A stretch of DNA of 64,000 nt from Candidatus Iainarchaeum sp. (GTDB lineage Archaea > Iainarchaeota > Iainarchaeia > Iainarchaeales > GCA-2688035), in contig JAFCCL010000006.1 in assembly GCA_017610205.1 (NCBI GenBank), forward strand, positions 42,475 through 106,474, given 5' to 3'. This document shows, piece by piece, positions 20,158 through 28,935 of this stretch. The position numbers and the translations under genes are program-made. Numbering within the stretch: position 1 is the first letter of the stretch; each line of letters begins with the position of its first letter. The notes under the pieces were generated by a model, which did no database searches, was not told the DNA's origin, and saw only the letters and a list, made by a program, of their open reading frames with translations.

Positions 20158-20757
20158 ATGACTCCGAAGAAAGCAATTAGAAAAAGAGAAGCTAGAGTAA
20201 CACAAAATCTGAAAAAAACGCTTGCGAGATTAAGACCGAAGCTGAAACCTTTCTTAGCAAATCCAAAACCCATAACTGTCGAACAACTTCGAGCAGGCGA
20301 CATACTATTTTTTAGGCCGAAATCTGATTCAGCTATTATAAGAAAGTGCCTTGCATATGGACACCCGTTTTCGCACATGGCACTCTACATTGGAAATGGT
20401 AAAATGTTTAATTTGGCAAAAACCGCAAGACTGCCACTGGCCGAAACCGTGTTAGCAACTTATGGGGCACCCTTTGTTTTAAGACCGGAAATTACTAAGA
20501 GGCAAACAGAAAAAATTGCTGAAAAAGCAAAAGAGGCTGTTGGAGAAAAGCATAATAAAAAAGTAGAGAAGATGGTTCAGCTAAGCGAATTGACAAACAT
20601 CGGATTCAAAAAAGCAAGAACCAAAGGATTCAACTGCACAAATGTAATATCATTTATTTTCTCAGAAGCAGGAATGGACGTGACACCAGGGGTGCATCCT
20701 CTAAGAGCCGGACCCTCACATTTCCTCCGAAACAAAAGACTCAGAAGAATAAACTAA
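20158..20757 (+). CDS. Permuted papain-like NlpC/P60 (YiiX/YebB-like) amidase with basic N-terminal tail
   Basis: LRAGDILF, SHMALYIG (His first), FNCTNVI (Cys second). Confidence 0.75.
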   Translation: MTPKKAIRKREARVTQNLKKTLARLRPKLKPFLANPKPITVEQLRAGDILFFRPKSDSAIIRKCLAYGHPFSHMALYIGNGKMFNLAKTARLPLAETVLATYGAPFVLRPEITKRQTEKIAEKAKEAVGEKHNKKVEKMVQLSELTNIGFKKARTKGFNCTNVISFIFSEAGMDVTPGVHPLRAGPSHFLRNKRLRRIN

Positions 20758-20776
20758 CCCAATAAAAATATTCACA

Positions 20777-20839
20777 GCCTCAGTCCGCCCATCTTTCTTC
20801 ATTGCTTGCGCTCTGTGTCATCGTCAGTTCATCATCGGC
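20777..20839 (-). ncRNA. Box C/D methylation-guide sRNA
   Basis: GCCG-AUGAUGA (C)-ACUGACGAUGACA-CAGA (D')-GC GCAA GC-A-AUGAAGA (C')-AAGAUGGGCGGA-CUGA (D)-GGC; terminal stem; TATA-like ctttaaag about 25 nt upstream. Confidence 0.85.
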
Positions 20840-20947
20840 AATTAAATTGTACTGCGAATGGCTTTAAAGAATAGGTATTCTTACAATTTTAGAGGCTACC
20901 ACGCCTCTCGGTTATCTTTTAAAGAAGTTTTAAACCCATTTTTTTTA

Positions 20948-22339
20948 ATGCTAACTGTAATGAAGTTTGGTGGTAGTATTCTTTCAAGCGAAAGCCAGCT
21001 TAAGCGGGTTACCCAAGTTGTTAAAAAGCGCAGGGAACGGGAAGATGTTTTGATTGTTGTCTCTGCATTGAAAGGGGTTACCAATTCTCTTATTGGGATT
21101 GCAAACAAGGCACTTGAAGGCAGCGACTTCAAAGAAGAATTTGTAGCAGTAAAAAAACTGCATCTTGAAATGCTTTCAGGCATCAAAGCCAAGAATTATG
21201 TGAAAGAGACTGAGAAAGGGCTGCTTGAAGAGTTTTCTCTGCTTGAAAGGGCACTGCAGGGAATTTTGTGCCTTAAAGAGCTTTCTCCGAGAAGCCTTGA
21301 TCTTGTGCAGACAGCGGGAGAGAGACTATGTGTTTTGCTTCTATTCGCCTATCTTTTGGATGAAAACATTCAGGCAATTGCCTTTGACGGAAGAAAGCAG
21401 GGCATTGTAACAAACTCTGATTTTGGCAGAGCTAGGCCTTTGATGGATGAAACCAAAAAAAAGCTGGAAAAAACGAAGGGATTTGTACACAGCAATGTCC
21501 TGATTTTCCCAGGCTTTTTTGGAGTTGACAAGCAGGACAATGTTGTCAGCTTTGGCAGGGGTGGCAGTGATTTCAGCGCAGCAATTCTTGCAAACTTGTT
21601 CAGAGCAAACTCCTTGGAGTTGTGGAAGGACGTTGATGGCTTTTTAACCAGCGACCCAAAAATTGTTGAGGATGCTGTGGTTTTGTCAAATCTGAGCTAC
21701 GAGGAGGCGGAGGAACTTGGCTATTTTGGGGCAAAAATCATTTACCCGCGAACAGTGGTTCCCTTGAAAGAAAAGGGTATCAAAATCGTGATAAAAAACA
21801 TCCAGAAACCTGACAAAATTGGAACAATTGTAAGTAATGAAAGACTTGAACAGAAGATAGTGGCCAAGTCAATTGCAGTCAAGAGAAACATTGCGAGCAT
21901 AACACTAAGAAGCCCTATCTTTGTTGGTCAGGCAGGCGTTCTGGAAAAAATCTTTTATGAAATCGCCAAGGCTAACATAAGCGTTGGCCTTGTTGCAACA
22001 AGCGAAACTGGGATTTCTTTCACAATTGACGAAAAAAGCCTGCCAAGGACAAGGGAAGCCATTTCCAGAATCGGCCTGGTTCTCGAAGAAGCTAGCTTTG
22101 ACAAGGATCTTGCAATGGTGGGAGTAGTTGGAGAGGGGCTGAAGAAAAAACCTGGGGTAGCAGGATTTGTGTTTGGCTGCCTTGCAGAAAACAAGGTAAA
22201 CGTTGAAATGATCTCTCAGGGAAGCAGTGGAATAAACATTTCTTTTATAATAAAAGAAAGTGATCTGCACAAAACAGTAAAGGCACTTCACAAGAAAATA
22301 ATACAAAACCCAAAGATGAAAAATAGCCTTATTAAGTAA
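20948..22339 (+). CDS. lysC: Aspartate kinase with two ACT domains
   Basis: VMKFGGS, GRGGSDFSA, DVDG...DP, EAEELGYFGAK. Confidence 0.95.
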   Translation: MLTVMKFGGSILSSESQLKRVTQVVKKRREREDVLIVVSALKGVTNSLIGIANKALEGSDFKEEFVAVKKLHLEMLSGIKAKNYVKETEKGLLEEFSLLERALQGILCLKELSPRSLDLVQTAGERLCVLLLFAYLLDENIQAIAFDGRKQGIVTNSDFGRARPLMDETKKKLEKTKGFVHSNVLIFPGFFGVDKQDNVVSFGRGGSDFSAAILANLFRANSLELWKDVDGFLTSDPKIVEDAVVLSNLSYEEAEELGYFGAKIIYPRTVVPLKEKGIKIVIKNIQKPDKIGTIVSNERLEQKIVAKSIAVKRNIASITLRSPIFVGQAGVLEKIFYEIAKANISVGLVATSETGISFTIDEKSLPRTREAISRIGLVLEEASFDKDLAMVGVVGEGLKKKPGVAGFVFGCLAENKVNVEMISQGSSGINISFIIKESDLHKTVKALHKKIIQNPKMKNSLIK

Positions 22340-22523
22340 AGTAGGGTAAAAGTGTTTGGTTTTAGTGCCTCAAGCCAAACTTACAAAAAAAGAGTATATT
22401 ACCCTGAGCACATCAAGCTAATTATCAGATTGGCAGTGGCAAAAGAATCAGGTTGCATAGGAGTTTAAAGAATAACATATACGTATATAAAGACTTTGTA
22501 AGTATATAATTATAGGTGATTTT

Positions 22524-22766
22524 GTGGGAAACGTGACAATTACCCTGGAAAATGAGGACGAGGAAACCCTTAGGTCAATTGCCGGAAGCAAGTATAATAA
22601 TAAAAAAGGCTCTTTGGCAAAAGTAGTCGGTGAGTCTATAAGACTACTTTCCAGCAAAACCGGAAAAAACAAGGCAATGAAGAGGCAGTTCAAGTGGATG
22701 GACCAAGGATTTAACCTAGGAAAAATAAAAGTAAAGAACAGAGGAGAAATATATGACAGAAAGTAA
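22524..22766 (+). CDS. Putative antitoxin (VapB-like)
   Basis: 80 aa overlapping a PIN gene; ends RGEIYDR. Confidence 0.75.
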   Translation: MGNVTITLENEDEETLRSIAGSKYNNKKGSLAKVVGESIRLLSSKTGKNKAMKRQFKWMDQGFNLGKIKVKNRGEIYDRK

Positions 22767-23193
22767 GGAATTGAAGCTTCTTGATTCAAACATCTTGGTT
22801 TACGCTTACGACAAAAGCGAGACAAAAAAGCATCCGATAGCAAGAGAACTTGTTAAAGAAAGATGGAAAAAAGAAGATTCGGTTCTAAGCATTCAAAACC
22901 TGGCAGAATTCTATTCAGTTATCACAAGCAAAATAGAGAGACCTTTGGAGATTGACAAAGCAAAGCAAATTGTCTTAGATTACATTGACGGCTTTGAGAT
23001 ACTAGGATACAACGAAAAAACAATCTTGGAAGCAATTAATGTGCAAGCAATTTACAAAATTCCTTTCTGGGACGCATTAATAGTTGCCACAATGGAAGAA
23101 AACAGCATTGACACAATAATAACAGAAAACGAAAAAGACTTCAAAAAAGTCAAGTGGATAAAAACAATAAACCCGTTTAAAAAGGCAGAATGA
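22753..23193 (+). CDS. vapC: PIN domain toxin
   Basis: LLDSNILVYA, LAEF, FWDALIVATM, TENEKDF. Confidence 0.92.
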   Translation: MTESKELKLLDSNILVYAYDKSETKKHPIARELVKERWKKEDSVLSIQNLAEFYSVITSKIERPLEIDKAKQIVLDYIDGFEILGYNEKTILEAINVQAIYKIPFWDALIVATMEENSIDTIITENEKDFKKVKWIKTINPFKKAE

Positions 23194-23276
23194 AACAACA
23201 ACAAAAAAGTTATATTACCCTTAATACTCAAGGCTAATTGTCAGATTACCATTTTGCAATGTTTTGCCAGATTATT

Positions 23277-24857
23277 TTAAATCATTTTTTTGTCGATTTC
23301 TTTGATTGTTCCGTTGCTTACTTTTAGAATTCGTTGTGCAATTTTTTCAATGAAGTATCTGTCGTGAGAAATTGCAAGAATTGCACCGTTGTAATTCAAA
23401 AATGCGTTTTCAACAATTTCGCAGGCGTCAATATCCAGGTAGTTTGTTGGCTCGTCAAGCAAAAGCAAGTTTGGTTTTTTAATGAGAATTTTGAGAAGGT
23501 TTAGCCTGGATTTTTCACCCATTGACAGTTGAGAAATTGGCTTGGATACATCTTTATCAGTAACAAACCCAAGCATGGACAATTGCTGGCGCGTTTTAGC
23601 ACGGTCTTTAAACAAGGAGAATATTTCGTCGTACAAGGTGGCTTTGATTGTTAGGTCTTTGAGTTCCTGGTCTACATAACCAAGCTTTGCCTTTGAGTCC
23701 AAAATCACTTTGCCAGAAATTGCCGAAACGCGGCCTTCGATTGTTTTGAAAAGCGTGCTTTTGCCTATTCCGTTTTCCCCAATTAAAACAGTTCGTTGGC
23801 CAAGACCAGCATTAAAATTTATGTTGGAAATGAGCGGTTTTTCATACCCTACACACAGGTCAACCAGGTCCAAAATCACAACTGAATTAATTGGGGTTGC
23901 TTCAAAGGAGGTTTTGAATCTTGACTGGTCCAGGTCTGGTTTTTCAATAATTTTGCGCTTTTCCAAAAGTTTTTCACGATATTTTCCTTGCTTGACTTTC
24001 TGGGGGCTTTTGCCAAGGCGGGCTATTTTGTCTTTTTGAATAGCAATGTATTTTTCTTCTAATGAGTAGGCTGCTTTTTGGGCTTTAAATGTTGCTTCAC
24101 GCGTTTTTATGTATGCTGAATAATTGCCGTTGTACTTAATCCATTTTCCATTCTCTATTTTTAGAATAGTGTCGCACACACTGTCCAAAAAATACCTGTC
24201 ATGTGTGACCATAAGCACAGTTCCTTTAAAAGCGCGCAAGTGGTTTTCCAAAATACCTAAGCGTTTAAAATCAAGGTGATTGGTTGGTTCATCAAGCAAC
24301 AAAAAATCTGCGTCAGAGGATAAAATCTGGGCCAAGGCAATAATCGCGCGTTGTCCTGTAGAAAGTGAGCCAATGGATTGGTTGAGCCATGATTCTTTAA
24401 TCTCAAGAGTTTGTAAAGCGTATTTGATTTTGTTAATAGGAGGCAGGGTTTGGTGCTTTGCAATTTTTGCCTGCAATTCCACATAGAGCTCCATTAGCTT
24501 GCTTACTTTATTATTGTCTTGATGGATTTCTGGGCGTGAAAGAAGCTGCTCAATTTTGTGCAATTTTTTTTCAAACTGATTTTGATGATGAATTGTGGCG
24601 CTTTCTCCAAGTGTTTGACACACTGTTTTATTCAAGTCCAAATCAACTTGTTGGGAAAAATAAACTGCTTTGCCATTGAATTCAATCTTGCCGTTGTAAT
24701 CCACTTGGCCTAAAATTGCTTTGAGAAACGTTGTTTTTCCAACTCCGTTTCTGCCAATAAGACCTACTTTGGAACCATCTGCAAGCCCCACGCTTTCGTC
24801 AAGCAGTATTTCCTTGCTGCCAAGAGAGATTGAAAGGTTTTTAACAGAAAGAGCCAT
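23277..24857 (-). CDS. ABC-F family ATPase
   Basis: Two ABC domains (GRNGVGKT, GENGIGKS, LLLDEPTN twice), no TM. Confidence 0.93.
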   Translation of the reverse strand: MALSVKNLSISLGSKEILLDESVGLADGSKVGLIGRNGVGKTTFLKAILGQVDYNGKIEFNGKAVYFSQQVDLDLNKTVCQTLGESATIHHQNQFEKKLHKIEQLLSRPEIHQDNNKVSKLMELYVELQAKIAKHQTLPPINKIKYALQTLEIKESWLNQSIGSLSTGQRAIIALAQILSSDADFLLLDEPTNHLDFKRLGILENHLRAFKGTVLMVTHDRYFLDSVCDTILKIENGKWIKYNGNYSAYIKTREATFKAQKAAYSLEEKYIAIQKDKIARLGKSPQKVKQGKYREKLLEKRKIIEKPDLDQSRFKTSFEATPINSVVILDLVDLCVGYEKPLISNINFNAGLGQRTVLIGENGIGKSTLFKTIEGRVSAISGKVILDSKAKLGYVDQELKDLTIKATLYDEIFSLFKDRAKTRQQLSMLGFVTDKDVSKPISQLSMGEKSRLNLLKILIKKPNLLLLDEPTNYLDIDACEIVENAFLNYNGAILAISHDRYFIEKIAQRILKVSNGTIKEIDKKMI

Positions 24858-25007
24858 GTATAATTATCATTTGCACAAATTCTTTAAAGTATGTTAAAAA
24901 TTATTTTTTTTTCCAGATTTCGTACTTATTACCAACTTACCATTGGCAAAATGTTGTCTTGCAAAAGAATTAAAAGCGTGGAATGCGTTATTTTTTTGGT
25001 TTTTTTA

Positions 25008-26108
25008 ATGCTTGTTGAGGAAAAGGTTTTGCTAAGACCAAAGGATGTCAAGCCTTTGGTAAGGGGCTGGGTTGTTATGGGCGTGCTGAATCCTGCAGCT
25101 GTGAGGCTGCCGAATAAGAAAATAATGCTTTATACAAGGGTTTCTGAAATGCCAAAAGGACATATTGGAACAGGCTTGAAATGCCCGGTGATTGTTTCAG
25201 ACAAGCAGGTGAAAAGAAAGGGCTACAAGCTTAGCAGCATGAAAATAAGCAAGGCAAAAATTGTTGGTGAAGAAGAAAACGTAATCTATCTGAAGGATGA
25301 AACATGCAGGCTTAAAACAAGCTCGCATTTTCGCAGAATAATTTTGGACAAAGCAGGATTTGAAGTTGAAAAAATTGATATGCTTCCAATTTTTACAGGA
25401 ACCCATGAAGAAGGACAATTTGGTGTTGAAGATCCAAGCATTACAAAAGTCGGTGACAAATATTATATGACATATGTTTCTGTTTCACTGCACGAAGGAG
25501 TATGCACTTCAATAGCTGTTTCAAGCAACCTCAAAAATTGGAAAAGAAAGGGAATAATTTTCAGGGAACAAAACAAGGATGTAGCCCTTTTTCCTGAAAA
25601 AATCAGGGGGCGTTTTGTTGCATTGCACAGACCGGAAGGATTTTTTGAATTCAGCCGCCCATCAATGTGGATTTCCCATTCACCTGACTTAAAATACTGG
25701 GGTGAAGAAAAAAGCATTATGCAGACAAGACCTAATTCCTGGGAAACCGAAAGGGTTGGGGCAGGAACAACCCCTATAAAAATCAAAGAAGGCTGGCTGG
25801 AAATATACCACGGGGTGCAAAAAGACAAAAAAGGCAACAAGATTTACAGTGCCGGAGCAGTACTTTTTGACAGGAATAATCCGACAAAAATAATTGCAAG
25901 AAGCCCAAGAACACAGCCTTTGTTCAAGCCTGAAAAAAGCTATGAAAAAAGTGGTTTTGTAAACAATGTTATATTTCCATCAGAGGCAATTCCTGATTTG
26001 AATGGAAAAAATTTGCTTGTGTTTAGCGGGGCAGGCGATTCTGTTACAACTGTGAAAAAAGTTGCAATAAAAGACATATTAAACCACATGCATTTTATTG
26101 GAAATTAA
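25008..26108 (+). CDS. GH130-like glycosidase/mannoside phosphorylase
   Basis: LNPAAV, GVEDPSIT, NKDVALFPEKI, WLEIYHGV, NVIFP. Confidence 0.88.
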   Translation: MLVEEKVLLRPKDVKPLVRGWVVMGVLNPAAVRLPNKKIMLYTRVSEMPKGHIGTGLKCPVIVSDKQVKRKGYKLSSMKISKAKIVGEEENVIYLKDETCRLKTSSHFRRIILDKAGFEVEKIDMLPIFTGTHEEGQFGVEDPSITKVGDKYYMTYVSVSLHEGVCTSIAVSSNLKNWKRKGIIFREQNKDVALFPEKIRGRFVALHRPEGFFEFSRPSMWISHSPDLKYWGEEKSIMQTRPNSWETERVGAGTTPIKIKEGWLEIYHGVQKDKKGNKIYSAGAVLFDRNNPTKIIARSPRTQPLFKPEKSYEKSGFVNNVIFPSEAIPDLNGKNLLVFSGAGDSVTTVKKVAIKDILNHMHFIGN

Positions 26109-26274
26109 TAAATGCCTAATTTAGCCAGATAATACCTACCTTTAGGGCTGTTTTGAGAAATTTTACAAAATAGTGCATCAATTTTTACAATGGAAAGGCT
26201 TTAAAATCTGAATGTTTGATAAGATATTTGCTTAATTTTTAATGCTAATTGGGAAAATTTGGGAGGCTATTAGT

Positions 26275-26694
26275 ATGACAGACAAACAAAATGACGAAAA
26301 AATATTGCCAGAAAATGGTGAAGAAACACCAGGAACAGAGGAAAAAATTGTTAAGGAAGAGGCTGCTGAAGTTGAACGTGATGATTTGCCTTTCCCAAAA
26401 GCAACAATTGTTAACATGCTTAGAAAGCATTTAAGCTCTGGAAAGCAAATTAAGGGCCAGGTAAAGGATGAAATGAACCTTTGGCTTGGAAAAATGGTTG
26501 AAAGAATTGCCAAAAAAATGGACTCTCACCCTTATGCATATGTTGACGGCGGAATGCTAAGGGATGCAATAGAGCCATATGAAACAGTGCAGGAAATAGA
26601 GCTTGAAAAGGAAAGGATAGTAAAGCAGCTTGAAAGCATTAAGGCAGCTTGTGACATTCTGATAAGCGAAGTGGACAGGAAATTTAGAAAATAG
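26275..26694 (+). CDS. Histone-fold-like (NF-YB-like) protein with acidic N-tail and C-terminal helix
   Basis: LPFPKATIVNMLRKHL; ggaggc RBS. Confidence 0.55.
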   Translation: MTDKQNDEKILPENGEETPGTEEKIVKEEAAEVERDDLPFPKATIVNMLRKHLSSGKQIKGQVKDEMNLWLGKMVERIAKKMDSHPYAYVDGGMLRDAIEPYETVQEIELEKERIVKQLESIKAACDILISEVDRKFRK

Positions 26695-26697
26695 ACC

Positions 26698-27258
26698 TTA
26701 TTCTTTTTCAATTGCCTTTGAATATACCTCTGCGGTTCTTCTAAGGCCACTGAGAAAATTGTCTATTTTGCCGCTTTTTCTGAGGGCTGCATCAAAGCTA
26801 AGCAGGCCTGTCCTGCCCATCCCACTGGCAAAAGACTCAAAATTATTGGAAATCCCTTTTCCAAGTTGGAAGGCATCTACTCCAAGAGCAAACCTGTCCT
26901 TGTAAAAGATTCTTTTGACAAATTTGGCAGAGTCTGGTCCCAATTTCCTAAAAAGCAGGTTAACGCTTGTGCCAAGACCCATAAAGAAAAAGGACGTGTT
27001 GTTCTTTCCAAGCCCCATTGCAAACTTTACAGGCTGCCTGGCAATCAAAGCAATTATCAGCCCCTTTTGCCGCATTGAGTACTGCGTTGCCTTGTTTTGC
27101 TTTAAGGATTCGGCAAGAATGAATGCTTTTTCTTTTGTGGCAAGGTTTTCCCATTTGCCAGCCTTAAGATATAGCCTCCTTGTTTTAAGGCGCTTGAAGA
27201 AAAAGGCCTGAACTCCCCTTGTTCCAAGCACTCTTCTTTTTTGTTTTGGTTGATGCAT
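26698..27258 (-). CDS. Hypothetical protein with basic N-terminus and internal GxG repeats
   Basis: MHQPKQKRR; FAMGLG/FFMGLG/FALGV/FASGMG. Confidence 0.65.
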   Translation of the reverse strand: MHQPKQKRRVLGTRGVQAFFFKRLKTRRLYLKAGKWENLATKEKAFILAESLKQNKATQYSMRQKGLIIALIARQPVKFAMGLGKNNTSFFFMGLGTSVNLLFRKLGPDSAKFVKRIFYKDRFALGVDAFQLGKGISNNFESFASGMGRTGLLSFDAALRKSGKIDNFLSGLRRTAEVYSKAIEKE

Positions 27259-27330
27259 TCTTTATCACAATAAAATAAAACTTGTTTTTCTATTTATTTA
27301 AATCTTTTCTTCCAAAATTTCCACAAACCT

Positions 27331-28239
27331 TTATTTTTTCGGTTGCCGCCAGTGAATTCCGCGCAAAGATAAGGAAAATCTTTTTATAATTGCTCCAGCA
27401 TCTTTTTTGGAAAATGTTTTTCCTTTTGGCAAGCCTATGGCAAGCTTGAATTTTGGATTGTTCAAAAGCTTCAGCAATCCTGAATTAAGCAAACTTGAAA
27501 CCAGCGAAGGACTTATTTCCATGATTTCGGCAATTGCCCTTGTAGGAAGAGATTGCTTTGAAAGAAACCTAAGCCTTAAAACTCTGGCAGTGCGCTTGTC
27601 AAGGTATTGGACAAACGCCTTTGAAAGGTATTCACGCAGGTCATTTGCCTCTGCACGCTTGAGTGGATTGGAATGCCCTGCCTTTCCTTCAATAAGGTCA
27701 AAAAGCTTGCTTCCTTTACCTTTTCCGGTTTCAACAAGTTTATCCCCTGAAAAAGGCCTTATTCCGCGATGTGCAGACCTTAGCCTTGAAATTAGGTTAA
27801 TGGCAGAATCTCTTTCAGCAATTGTTTTTGATTCAAAAACTACTTTGTAAAGCCGTTCAATTCTTTTGTTTAATGCAACCTCGTTTGAAATTAATCTCAA
27901 AACCTCTTTTGAAAGAGCAATTACCGGAGCTTTTTGCTCAAGCATTGTAATGACTTCACCCTTTGCCCTTGAGTAAGCAAATGTATTAAATTTAATGCCT
28001 TGTGATGGCTCAAACCTTGTATAAGCATCCATTACCCCAATAAAAGCCGCCTGTTTGAAATCATTTTTGGAAATACGCCCTGATTTTGCTACAGCATTAT
28101 ATTTAAAGAAAAGCCTGTTTGAAACATTGTCTGCAATCTTGTAAGCCTTCTTTACAAATTTTACATCAAATGTCTTTTGAACTTTCTTTTTCCTTGGTTT
28201 TGGTTTTTTTTGTTCACTTGGTTTTTTTTGGCTCATCAT
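27331..28239 (-). CDS. Sigma-70 family (FliA/SigB-like) RNA polymerase sigma factor homolog
   Basis: Region 2 DFKQAAFIGVMDAYTRFEPSQGIKFNTFAYSRAKGEV; region 4 LDKRTARVLRLRF...TRAIAEIMEISPSLVSSL. Confidence 0.85.
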   Translation of the reverse strand: MMSQKKPSEQKKPKPRKKKVQKTFDVKFVKKAYKIADNVSNRLFFKYNAVAKSGRISKNDFKQAAFIGVMDAYTRFEPSQGIKFNTFAYSRAKGEVITMLEQKAPVIALSKEVLRLISNEVALNKRIERLYKVVFESKTIAERDSAINLISRLRSAHRGIRPFSGDKLVETGKGKGSKLFDLIEGKAGHSNPLKRAEANDLREYLSKAFVQYLDKRTARVLRLRFLSKQSLPTRAIAEIMEISPSLVSSLLNSGLLKLLNNPKFKLAIGLPKGKTFSKKDAGAIIKRFSLSLRGIHWRQPKK

Positions 28240-28317
28240 TCTAAAGAATAATTCCTTTTTAAGGATTTATAATCCTTGCTGTTTCAGCAAAATTCCAAAA
28301 TTTGCAATACCTGGTTA

Positions 28318-28875
28318 CTACCCCAAAATTGCATTAACTTTTGCTGCAATTGCCCCTTTTGGATTTCTGAGCAGGAATCCTTCAATTACTGAAAGATTGT
28401 GGCATTTTCTGTTGCAGGAAGCCTTTTCAAAGTCAATTATTACAGGCATTCCTTTTCTTACCAGAATGTTTTTGCCGCTTCCTGCAAGCTGACCGTGGTC
28501 CAGACCAATTTTGTCAAGGACCTTTGCCTGCCTTTGCAGCTCTTTGACAAAACGCTTTAGTCCTGTTTTTGAAGGGCCCGCAAAAATCCATTCTGAAAAG
28601 CACGAGCCTTCAATGAATTCCATTAAAACAATTCTTTTTTCAAGATCTGCATCAAATAATTTTGGGCCAATTCCAACACCGTTTGCCTTTTTCAAATTTT
28701 CAGATTCCCTTTCAGCCATTTTAAATCGCGTACTGTCATGCCGTTCCATTTTGATTACAAAAAAAACTCCTTTTTTATTCCTTGCAAGAAAAAGGTGGCT
28801 GCTAAAGCCCCTGTCAATCTTTTTTTCAAAGAAAAGCTTTTTTTTGAGCAGGAATTCTTTCAAAGTTGAATGCAT
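28318..28875 (-). CDS. Archaeal Ser/Thr protein kinase (Bud32/RIO-like)
   Basis: VIK, MEFIEG, DHGQL...NIL, IIDFE. Confidence 0.85.
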   Translation of the reverse strand: MHSTLKEFLLKKKLFFEKKIDRGFSSHLFLARNKKGVFFVIKMERHDSTRFKMAERESENLKKANGVGIGPKLFDADLEKRIVLMEFIEGSCFSEWIFAGPSKTGLKRFVKELQRQAKVLDKIGLDHGQLAGSGKNILVRKGMPVIIDFEKASCNRKCHNLSVIEGFLLRNPKGAIAAKVNAILG

Positions 28876-28935
28876 AATCTATTTATAGAAGAAAAGCAAT
28901 TAATTACTTGTTTTGCTTTAAAAGGAGTGATTTTT

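Larger units (their letters stand above)
22395..23247. repeat. Diverged 37-bp direct repeats (22395-22431, 23211-23247) bracketing a VapBC pair
   Basis: tatattaccct-N11-gctaattRtcagatt, same spacing in both copies. Confidence 0.7.

Noticed and set aside
18426-20839. CRISPR array interpretation of the three 18-35 bp repeats
   Set aside because: Spacing is over 1 kb with whole genes between the copies, and there are no cas genes in the window.
20770-20947. Lysine riboswitch upstream of aspartate kinase
   Set aside because: No L-box architecture; the structured part is better explained as an opposite-strand C/D sRNA with its own promoter.
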